From Phoronis australis (Eukaryota > Animalia > Phoronida): a stretch of 49,229 nt of DNA. Within the stretch, counting starts at the first letter, position 1; each line of letters opens with the position of its first letter. A model generated the notes under the pieces. That model did not search any database and had not been told where the DNA came from. It saw nothing but the letters and a program-made list of their open reading frames with translations. The stretch spans positions 1 to 49,229 of the forward strand of contig NMRA01000004.1 in NCBI GenBank assembly GCA_002633005.1, written 5' to 3'. A program made the position numbers and the translations under genes. Below are positions 11,258 to 23,200 of the stretch, in pieces.

Positions 11258-14200
11258 ATGGAGTTCGCTCACACGCCAACGGATTTAACGTCAGGAACAG
11301 TGTAAGTATTAGGTGGTGAGACGATGCATATTTTTAGGAATTCGATTCGATTAGTACAGTTGTAGACACGTAGCCCCTCGGTTGGCCATTTTATTAGGGA
11401 GGACAACGTTTTTTTAATTTTTTTACAATACCCATGTGTCATACATTTTTGAAAAGCCCTTGGCGTGAGAAATGAAATGGTGCAACAGTCAGAAAAATTG
11501 GATGAGTGGTTGACGTGAAAATGGCCGTTGAAACGCGACGATTATGCATAAAATATCTGCCTTTTTACATAATTTCGTAAAAAATAAAAGAATATACATG
11601 TGCTGCATATAAAAAGATTCGTCTAATTGAGACAAACATGGTGGTGTGTATTATATAAAATTTGGACCGATTTCTACAGAGATATTGCTGTTTAAGTGTG
11701 TTGTTAGCATATAGAACAGGCTCATCATGTTTGATGAAAACAATGGATTACACAGCTTAAAAGGTAAAGAGCAAGGACACCACATCAGCTCAGAAATAAA
11801 TACATCTGAGCTAGGAGGAAATTTCACATCAAATCACAAGATCACATTGGTGGATTTGGGGGGGGCCAGGGGGCCTGGCCCGTGGCCCCCCTAAAACTCC
11901 CATATTTCATTTGGCAGTTTGAGGGTGCAAATATCTTACGGATAAAATCCTGCGTAATACTCTTCCCTGCCCCCCTCCTATCTAAAAATCCTAGATCTGC
12001 CCCTGAATACTACTACATGGGCAACACATCATTGCCTGACAGTGACAGGGGGCTGGGGGAGGCTATTCACTATAGCTCCCCACTTTTTTCAGTGCTGGGT
12101 GCCACCCATGTACTATTAGATCGTATCATGGCAAAAAACATCAAGAAAGTAGACAAAAGACCATTTGGGAAAACAAAGCACTCTTAACATAAAGGATTTC
12201 ATCATTTACGCAATAAAAACTTTGTAACAACTTTATTTCGAACGGTGAAGTTGCGATGCCATTGAACTTCAATGTAGCCGATGGTGGCGCTGACATGCGG
12301 CGACTTAGTGAACTAACGTCTGCTGTTTGAAAAGTGCCAATGCGCAGCAGTTTGACAGAATTTCTGAAAATGAAATAATTACCAATTAAAAGAGTGATGA
12401 ATTCCTCATCTAAAAATCAGGGGGGCATATTGCGNCACTCTCTTGATCACAGAAGAGCTTTAAAGAATGGTCCGCTTTGCGCATGTCCGTATCTCATGTT
12501 AGCACTCTGGGGGAATTCTGGGGATACATAAAATTACAGTCATCCTTCACTTAAGGTAAGTTCGTCTAACTGTATAATTTTGTGTCAGATTTTATCTGGC
12601 CAGTTTTTTACCCACATCGGTGCAAAGCTGTATATTTCAGGGCTTGGAATTTTCCGCGGAAACACGGATTTCCGCTTTTTTCAAATGTTCTGTCCGCGTA
12701 TTTTATTATATTTCCGCGTAAAAAAAATCAAATTTGAAAAAAATTTCCGCGGCAAATTCCTTTCTTACCGCGGCGTTGCCGACAACTTTCACCTCGAAAA
12801 GCGGAAGTTGCTCTTTATGTTTTGGAAGAACGTAAATTGTCAACAATTGCTGGGGCATCTGGGATAGCGTGGTGGATTCTTGAATGGCGTCTCGTGTGAT
12901 TGTAAACTGCGGTGACAAATACTATGACTCTGCAGCTAAAAAGGTGTGGAGGTGGGAGGGGACGGACGAGCTAAAAAGACGCAGACGCAGACTTCTGGGG
13001 GTGGTACCATTTGTTTTTTTAGTTGTCCCGATTTTTGTCGGCAAGTTTCACAAAGACTTCTTCAAGGCTGCGAAGCGCGCATGTTTTGGGCCGCAAAAAT
13101 TTCCGCGTTTTTCGTCATTGGTCATTCCAAGCCCTGATATTTAGTATACAGGTTTGCGCCAAGGCTAAGTCACAAGTAGCTGTAGCTATACTTCATCAAA
13201 GATGTGTAGAAGTAGAAAGGAACACTGAAGAAAGTAAGGGTTTTTTTAAGTCATAGTTGCAATTGTAGAATGCATTTTTGACGAGGTTTAAATTTCTCAA
13301 TCTGGTTGCATACATGTCAAAAGGAATTATTGGAATTAGTTTCAATTTGCTATAAATTTTTAGTATTTTAACTCCAGAAATTTCTTCAGCGAAGGTGTCA
13401 ACTCCCGAAAGGTATCACAACTGCTGTGTGACTGTGTTAACCTCACGTGGACTTAGAAATTTCACACAATAGTTCTGCTCTCGAAATTCATCATGTTTCT
13501 TGGTGCACTGCACATGTGCCAATGTGCACGGTTTCTCTACTTCATAGACCATTGTGGTGGCATCAGAAGATTGTAAGAAGAGATTACAGTTGTTTTTGTC
13601 ACTAATCATCATTTTCAGCCTAAATTATATGCTGGTGGAATTGACAGTCATAATACAAAAGTGGTATTTTGTCTGTTTTCGTTTGACGTGTACTGTAAAT
13701 TGAAGAACATTTTATTTGTTTTGGTTGCAAGTTTATTACAATATCCTACGATGGGACCATGAGACTTTATTTTTTGAAACCGAATGGAAATTTGTATGAA
13801 TGCTGGACTGTTAGTGTTTACTTAAGCAATGCAGAAATATAGCCAGAGATTGTTGAATTAAGAGGTCCTCAGCTCTTCGTAATGCCATGAATGCATGAAA
13901 CTAACATGTACGTCACATTGTTTCAGTTTAATTTTTGCCAAGAACATTATATTAAGCTTGTTGTTTGGTCGATGCTTCAACTTATGTAAAGCTTAGTACT
14001 GAGATGTGAACGCTCGCTACTCACACCATTCTAGTTTAATTTTAAACAACCATTTAGTTTTCAGCCGAGTCAGAAGCACTTGGCTAGTTAGCAATCAATT
14101 ATATTTTGTTACTAATTCAGTGCCAGAGTGCAGAACTTGCCTTAATTGCAACTAGATTGGTCGTCCAAAACTTTGTACTTTTTCACTTTATAGTTAACTG

Positions 14201-17200
14201 TTTTTACTACAGAGTGCTATATCTGTTGGTTTCAGTCTTTGCTGCCAGTGTGGTATATCTATAACTCCTAACCCAGCCAACATGTGTGTTGCTTGCATAC
14301 GCACCCAAGTTGATATTACAGAGGGTATACCGAAACAGGGCACGCTCTACTTTTGCAGAAATTGCGAAAGGTAAGTTATTAGTGCTGAACATTGATTGTA
14401 TGTAGTTATAAAGCTCATTAGGTGTTGCTGGTGGTATTGAGGGCTATGCAATTGTACCAAGAACGTTGTTTTCGCTTTTTGAGTTCTGAATGTCATAAAA
14501 AGTTGAAATTGGGAAATTACCACGAATGTTTTCTTGGTTTGGTGTGTTCCCGGTGCTCTGCAGACTTTTGTTAAGAAGTACCCTAATTTTTTTCTTGTTT
14601 CTTTGACTCAGCATTATTGGTAAAATTCCTTTGAAAATGATGTTTTACTTGTTTTTGTTTTTCAGATATCTGCAACCTCCTAGTATGTGGATACAGGCTG
14701 CCCTGGAATCAAGAGAGTTGTTGTCTGTGTGTCTGAAGAAACTGAAGGGACTAAAAGAGGTATATTACTTCATTCACTGTGTTATGTTTGATCTTGTAAG
14801 AACTCACCACAACACTATTGTTTACACTAGCTTACTAGCTGAAGTGTCTGCTTGAATGTAGATTAGTAGACCAGGCAGGAGAATATTATACAAGTACAGT
14901 AGATTAAAGTATTTGACCCAATGGCTTTCCTTACTTAGACTACTCTGAACTTGACCATCTTGACAATTGGTTGGTGAATCCTTACTGTTTGTCAACAGTT
15001 AATTGAATTTCCGAGGTTGCATCTGAGTACAGCAAAATCCAACTTATAAGAAAGCCGAGTGCATGAATCAGACAACTGAAACTTGTCGAAGTTGTGCAAA
15101 AATCTGACTTAGGCTGTTTACTTTTATTAATAAAGGAGTCCACGAAGGTTTGCCATCATGACTAGACATTGGTTACAAGTTTTTAAATTAGGGTGAAGTT
15201 GCTCTCGCCACATAATGGTCTTTTCAATGTATTAATGATGGACACCGTAGCGGCCTGAGTTCGCCTGATGACTGGTGCTAACTGTTGAGCTTCATTCATT
15301 TATTGTGCGGTTTGGTTTCAGGTCAGACTTGTTGATGCTGGCTTTGTGTGGACAGAACCCCACTCCAAGAGAATAAAAGTAAAGTTGACAATACAAAAAG
15401 AGGTAACTCACCACTTCTTGTTAATGGTTCTTGTAGTTTTTACCACTTTGCTGTTCAGGTTTTCTGGTTATTCCAGATTACGGAAGATAAATGGTTATGA
15501 CACAAATATTCATTGTGGGTATTTTGGGAATTGAATTTTTGTGCATTTGTGTTATTATGTATCTCTGAAGCATTAATGTCAACTGTAAGTCCATTGTTTT
15601 GATTTTTTTATTCTATCCTGTATAGTCGGTACTGTGTGAACCTGTCTTGTGCATGTTTAAATGGTTCTTTTTACCTCCATGACATTATTTGGGTGACTAC
15701 CGCTTGACATTGAATTGTACAAAGTCAAGCTTGGAATTTACTAGGCGGCGTTAGTGAAGTGTCACTCCATCTGTGTAAAAGCGTGCATTCAGGTTGTCGT
15801 GTGTGACTCTTATATGATGAATGCCCAAATCCAGGTGAACAGTATTCTGTCCTCTGTTCAAACACTAACCAGGTGTCATAAACCCCAGTTACTGAATATC
15901 TAGTGTCGATTCATTTGGTGTGGCTTTACATGCCTCTATTTCACTTCAGGTGTTGAGTGGTGCTGTGCTGCAGCAGGTCTTTGTTGTGGAGTTTGTTATC
16001 AACAATCAGATGTGTGATGACTGTCACCGTGTGGAAGCCAAGGATTTCTGGAAGGCACTTGTTCAAGTTAGGCAAAAGGTATTGTATGTTGGCTGAGTTA
16101 CCTGGTTTATGCTACTGTAAACCCATGTTGTCTCCTAGAGGTTAACTTACTGTATAAACCACTTACGGCTATAAAATTGGTCTCAAGTAGTTCCTTACTC
16201 AGATGAAAATTGATTTCTGTCTGCTATTCGTCGAGACCACGGTTGGCACTTAAAATGACCCGCTGTAACAAGTCAGCTTGTCACAGCACGTCTGATTGTC
16301 AGCTGTGTGGCGATCCAGTGACATTTCTTTTGAAGCCCTGAGGAACAATTGGAGACCACTTTCGTAATGATGGGTGGTCTAAATGAATATTTTTTTTATG
16401 AAAGACAGCTGCTTTAATAGTACTTGAAGATGTCATCAGGGCCTGAGGTCTAATCTGTTCTCTCGAAAATTGACCAATTGTGAACTTACACTTTTGTACT
16501 CAAGTACTTCATGGCTAGTTAAATTTCGAGGCTGAATTGAGTATCAATATGGATATTAGACCATTGGCCTTATTCAGTGGTTTGTGTCTGGGGCAATAAG
16601 TTCAGTTTCTCTTTTATTTTTGTATATAATGCTAAACATGGTGTTTTGCTATCTGTTGTAGTTGGCTGTGTGTGCTATCTGTGGTAATTGTAAAACAGTT
16701 ACAGTCATGCGCTTGCGACAAGTCTTCTCACTTCAATTTTCATGGCGCGATGACACCATTCTACTAATTTGAGCTGTAATATTTAATCATTTCAGAGTAC
16801 ACACAAAAAAATCTTCTTTTACCTGGAACAGTTGATTCTAAAGCACAAGGCCCATGCCAATACTCTGAGTATCAAAGAGATGCATGGTGAGTGAAGTAGT
16901 CACCTGGTCTGATCATTTGGCCCGCAAGGGCCTCGCTCACCCCAGTTGAAAGGTACCCACCAAGTCACCAATGCCTTCACCCAAATGCGACCTGTCATCA
17001 GTAATACCTCAAGTAGCCAAAACTATTATGTTTTACAGAAGTTATTCTAACCTCGAGGGGAATTTTTTAAGCATTGGGTGTATTTTTTTGTGCCTGATGG
17101 GAAGAATGTGTGGGCTTGATGAAGGGAATTTCGCATGATTTTTATAAACATAAAGATAACGAGGGCCCAAAATTGAGGCATCGAGGGCCCTGGAGGGTGA

Positions 17201-20200
17201 GATTTTGTTTCAAAGTTTACGACATTGTGCTTTGTGTGTGAGAGTTGACAGCTTTCCTATTTGATTTTGGCTTTTAATTCAATAGTGCATGCTATACTAT
17301 ATGTCTTCAAAGTGAAAGAAACATGAACCAATGTGTTGATATGCATTGCTGTGATGTTAAATCGGGGAATGGTTTCGCTTTCTTCAACTGAAACTTTGTG
17401 TTGATTTCCTTGGCTGGCTGAGCTCTTGCATAATTACACAGTGTGTAGTGTTACAAGTTCATCATACATCACCTTACTGTATACACAGTGTGTAATGTTA
17501 CAAGTTCATCATACATCACCTTACTGTATTTCTTAAGATGACCACTAATTTGTAGTTTTGAAATTGAGAACACCGTTAGATAGGCAAATTCCCTGTTGAT
17601 ACTGGACTTTGTAATTTCAGAGGGTCTCGACTTTTTCTTTGCTCAGAAGGGAGATGCCAGAAAAATGGTTGACTTTCTAAATACTGTGCTGCCATGTCGG
17701 TAAGTCTTGTGAGCTGGATTATGTCACATTTTTTGGCTCTATGTTTATTGTACCACACAATGTTATCTGAAACATAACTCTTGTCGAGTAAGAGCAATTT
17801 CAAATTTTCGTCATAATGAAAAAAAATCTTGCTGTAAAATTTTTGGTTGCCTCACTGTGACTTCATTGACATTGTAGTATTATGATAAGGAACCACTCGT
17901 GTAACCTTGTTGTAGTTTGTACCCACCCATACTTTGCTGAAAAGATCAGGTCAGTTTGAAACAATCTGTTCTCGTATCTTTAGGTACAAGGCATCACAAA
18001 AACTAATTTCCCACGATGTGCACAACAACACCTATAATTACAAAGACACCTTTGCTGTGGAAATCGTACCTCTGTGTAAGGTAAGTAAGTCTGCTTACTA
18101 CGCCCAGGCTAAAGGTGAAGAAGGTCTTCAGCACTTTGAAAACTGCAGTGACATAACCAATGTTAGTGATTATTGAAAAACGTTAAATGTTATTTAAGTT
18201 AATGGCACAGTGGTGTTTAATAGTGTTTTAATTGTAGGATGGCTATGATAAAACATGTATAGTCATTATGCGTCATAGTATGTTAGGGGGTCTTGCTTAA
18301 GGATGTTAACATTGTGTGAATATCTGGACAACTTCACTGTAATTTGTTTAACTGCATGGATATTAAGGTTCGCTTAAAGTTATCACGTCTGCATTCAACC
18401 CTGGGTGCAGGATTAGTCTGCCTATTACCATGGGACGTGTGCATTTTAATGGCGAGTCTTCCTACAATTATGCTACGTTCAGTATGGAACTCAATGTATT
18501 TGATGTGTGAAAGTATCTCAATTTTCTTTGAAGTTGAGCCTCTGAGAGTATGCTGAGCATAACCTAAAAACAGTTTACAAGTTTTCTGATTAACCATCTT
18601 TCATAGTGTTTTTTGTCTTTATGTAGGACAGCATTGTGTGCCTGCCCCCTAAGCTGGCTCAACAACTGGGCAACTTGGGTCAGATATGTGTTGTGAAGAG
18701 GATTACACAAACAATACACCTGATTGATCCCCAGACCACACAAGGTAGGGAAGTAGTGTGGATCACCTGGTTACCATACCTTAGGAAGAGTTCTAGTTTG
18801 ATCTGCAAAGTTATGCAAGTAAAATGAGGAGACGGTTATTAGCAGAACATTAAGAACAATCCCTGAGGACAGACACACCTTGGAAGACAAAGCAGTCGTG
18901 TAGCTCACATTTAGTACTTTTTCCATAAACCATGCCTTTCATTTAATATGCCTTTAATGATGATTGATGCATGTTCTTACACATGCCTGCAAAATCATTG
19001 TCAGTAGGTTAGTTATAGTTGTTATGATGAAAGCTTGAAGGAATGGTTTCGCCTGTAATTACTGATTACATGTGCTGATTTCCTTGGCTGTCTGAACATG
19101 GCTGTGCAACAAAATGCACCTGGTCTGTTGACGAGTGACTTCTACAGGCTTAAATGGGACTTGTTATACTTTTAAAATTGCTAGGCTGTTTGTGCACCAT
19201 GACGTTGTCAAATTCACTATTTTTGTGCAATGGTTGTCTGGATTTGTTTTGTTGGTACATGCGTTAGGTTGGTGTTGAGGCCTGTACTATTCATTTGATT
19301 AGTTTTTTTACTTTTTTCTACTCAGTGGCTGAGTTGAGTGGTTCTCAGTTCTGGCGTCACCCGTTCAACAGCATATGTATGCCNTGAAAAAAAATCTTGC
19401 TGTAAAATTTTTGGTTGCCTCACTGTGACTTCATTGACATTGTAGTATTACGATAAGGAACCACTCGTGTAACTTTGTTGTAATTTGTACCCACCCATAC
19501 TTTGCTGAAAAGATCAGGTCAGTTTGAAACAATCTGTTCTCGTATCTTTAGGTACAAGGCATCACAAAAACTAATTTCCCACGATGTGCATAACAACACC
19601 TATAATTACAAAGACACCTTTGCTGTGGAAATCGTACCTCTGTGTAAGGTAAGTAAGTCTGCTTACTACGCCCAGGCTTAAGGTGAAGAAGGTCTTCACC
19701 ACTTTGGAAACTGCAGTGACATAACCACTGTTAGTGTTATTTAAGTTAATGGCACAGTGGTGTTTAATAGTGTTTTAATTGTAGGATGGCTGTGATAAGA
19801 CATGTATAGTCGTTATGCGTCATAGTATGTTAGGGGGTCTTGCTTAAGAATGTTGACATTGTTTGAATATCTGGACAACTTCACTAATAACTGCATGGAT
19901 ATTAAGGTTTGCTTAAAGTTATCACGTCTGCATTCAACCCTGGGTGCAGGATTAGTCTGCCTATTACCATGGGACGTGTGCATTTTAATGGCAAGTCTTC
20001 CTACAATTGTGCTACGTTCAGTATGGAACTCAATGTATATGATGTGTGAAAGTATCTCAAACTTCTTTGAAGTTGAGCCTCAGAGAGTATGCTGAGCATA
20101 ACCTAAAAACAGTTTACAAGTTTTCTGATTAACCATCTTTCATAGTGTTTTTGTCTTTATGTAGGACAGCATTGTGTGCCTGCCCCCTAAGCTGGCTCAA

Positions 20201-23200
20201 CAACTGGGCAACTTGGGTCAGATATGTGTTGTGAAGAGGATTACACAAACAATACACCTGATTGATCCCCAGACCACACAAGGTAGGGAAGTAGTGTGTA
20301 TCACCTGGTTACCATACCTTAGGAAGAGTTCTAGTTTGATCTGCAAAGTTATACAAGTAAAATGAGGAGACCGTTATTAGCAGAACATTAAGAACAATCC
20401 CTGAGGACAGACACACCTTGGAAGACAAAGCAGTCGTGTAGCTCACATTTAGTACTTTTTCCATAAACCATGCCTTTCATTTAATATGCCTTTAATGATG
20501 ATTGATACATGTTCTTTCACATGCCTGCAAAATCATTGTCAGTAGGTTAGTTATAGTTGTTATGATGAAAGCTTGAAGGAATGGTTTCGCCTGTAATTAC
20601 TGATTACATGTGCTGATTTCCTTGGCTGTCTGAACATGGCTGTGCAACAAAATGCACCTGGTCTGTTGACGAGTGACTTCTACAGGCTTAAATGGGACTT
20701 GTTATACTTTTAAAATTGCTAGGCTGTTTGTGCACCATGATGTTGTCAAATTCACTATTTTTGTGCAATGGTTGTCTGGATTTGTTTTGTTGGTACATGC
20801 GTTAGGTTGGTGTTGAGGCCTGTACTATTCATTTGATTAGTTTTTTTACTTTTTTCTACTCAGTGGCCGAGTTGAGTGGTTCTCAGTTCTGGCGTCACCC
20901 GTTCAACAGCATATGTATGCCAAAGCAGCTGGTGGAGTATGTTGTGATGGATGTGGAGATCACAAGGGAGAAGGAGCGTAGACATGTAGCTGGTCATGGC
21001 ATGCAGTCTCAGAGGGTGAGTTGGGCCTGTCACACCAGTGTAACGAGATTGATTTTAGAAAATACTGCCTGAGTACTATTTATCCATGGTGCCTGAAATA
21101 TGTGGTTTAGTTTAGAGATGCCTGTGCCGTGCTTTGTCACTGCAATGTCCCACTGGTAATTTTGTTATTCCTTTTTATGGCAGTATATCAAAACTGAACC
21201 ATTATGTAATACAGTGGACTTCTGGTTAAGATGGCGGACGTGTCGGTCTGGCTTTTACAGTGCCCTGACCCTATCCCTCTTTATTGGTCGGTTTCTGAAG
21301 TTATGGGAGATAAAAGTCAGAAGCATGAGTCTGACAGGTGCAAACGTTGAGATTACCACCGAGTCGTCATCGGTGAGAGAGAAAGTGCCTGATACGGAAC
21401 CTGCGTAGTTGGCCGCAGTCCATGCAAATTAAGAAATCAAACTGGACTGCAATAGCAAAGTAATATTTATAAGAATGTATTGGGTTATTTGGGCTATTCC
21501 TAAATCTAATCTGAGAAGTGCAGCTATTACATGTATTCTGTCAATAAGTTTAATCCTTTTGATATGCCATTAAATTGATATGAGTGGAATCATACCACAA
21601 AGCCTGAATCAATACATTCTGATTCTAAATGTTGATGTTATGCACACAGTACCCTGTGTACATGTTATGCACACAGTACTCTCTGTACATGTTATGCACA
21701 CAGTACCCTCTGTACGTGTTATGCTCACAGTACCCTCTGTACATGTTATGCACACAGTACTCTCTGTACATGTTATGCACACAGTACTCTCTGTACATGT
21801 TATGCTCACAGTACTCTCTGTACATGTTATGCTCACAGTACCCTCTGTACATGTTATGCTCACAGTACCCTGTGTACATGTTATGCTCACAGTACCCTGT
21901 GTACATGTTGTGCACACAGTACTCTCTGTACATGATGATAAGCATAAGGAATGGTTTCGCAATGTTTAGTCTGACTTACATTGATGATCTCCTTGGCTGT
22001 CTGATTATTGTATAGCAATAATCTTGTCATTACCACATACGTAGGACGTCTTGTTTTGAGCATTCCGGGCTTTAAATCCTCAATGTTACAGTGTCTCATA
22101 CTTCATCAAGACTTGATTTAACCCTGTATATAGTTGCTGCTTTCTACAGGTGCTCAATATTTTCTGTGTACTAGAAAGCACTGCATGTAATGAACCAACT
22201 TTCTGTTCTTTCAGCATGTTCTTGCTGATGTCTGGGTGGCCAAGTCAAGTGAGATGGCAACTAGTGACCAACAGTACCATTGTCGAACACACATAGGGCA
22301 CCTGTTGATGCCAGGAGATCTTGTCATGGGGTAATGTATACAGATCTTGTGGATGGTTATTAAGACCTATTGAAGAGAATATCTTTCTTGAAGTGCGTGG
22401 ATAGGTTTAATTAATCTTTACTCGCTAACAAACCTTTTAGGGGTTCTGGTTTCAGTTGTGAGTAGAATTAGATACATTTTTATTTAGTAGTTATTTTTAG
22501 AATGAGTAGCAGCAATGTATTCCATGTTTTGCTTTCTCAGCCAACATTGCAGTATCAACAAGTCCGCTTGACATAATTGTTTTTGCTAAATTTCTCAAAG
22601 AACATACTCGTGTACAACAGCAGCGTCACACACATTCAATAGTCTAGAAAGCACTTAAGTAGGTGTTCTCTAAAGTAGCATTGTCGAGTAATGTGGTTTC
22701 GTTTCAGTTTTGACATGAGGTCAACGAACGTGAACGATGTTCACTTTGAGAAGCTCTCAGTCGACCGCCTGCCTGATGTAGTACTGGTGAAGAAGTCATA
22801 CGCTGACCGTGCCAAGAGAAATCGTAAACGCAAGTGGAAGTTACATCATCTAGAGAAAGAAGATGCGGCTAGTTTGGACAGTGCTGATAAGTGAGTTTGC
22901 CAACATTTTTGATGAGACTGTCTGTCATCAGCAAGTTGTGCTTTTAGCTGATACCCAGAATAACATTATTGGCTCTTGTGTGTGAATGCATAGCCCATGA
23001 AACTAAAAATATTGGTTCTAAGTTATGAAGTAAAGGTTAAGCTTAACACATTGTTCTGATTCAGTTAGATGCCAGTTTAGCTGTTAACTCTTGAACAAGG
23101 TATGCTGTGTCCTGGTGTCTCCTGTTGTCTTCAGCTCCACATGTCCAGAAACACTAACAGTGTGATGTCACAATAATACTCTCGACAACCTGATTTGACT

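Larger units (their letters stand above)
17817..20921 (+). other. ~1.55 kb direct duplication across a single-N join, probable haplotype-overlap assembly artefact
   Basis: 17817-19383 and 19385-20921 are nearly identical and abut at the N at 19384. The first copy ends in the middle of exon 10. Differences are SNPs and small intronic indels. Confidence 0.85.

Noticed and set aside
11882-13256. Several 60-100 aa ORFs in NMD3 intron 1
   Set aside because: They lie inside non-autonomous transposon sequence and show no transposase or other motifs.
19326-20282. Mutually exclusive or duplicated NMD3 exons 8-10
   Set aside because: Copies abut at a single N, the first exon-10 copy is cut mid-exon, and joint inclusion frameshifts; better explained as haplotype overlap.
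21262-21325. Telomerase RNA template and pseudoknot (CCCTGACCCTATCCCT followed by TTTCTGA/TCAGAAG pairing)
   Set aside because: The template does not match the exact TAACCCTAA needed for TTAGGG repeats, and I see no downstream H/ACA domain.
21580-22015. Cys/His-rich repetitive ORFs on both strands
   Set aside because: Translation artefacts of the 27-bp intronic minisatellite.
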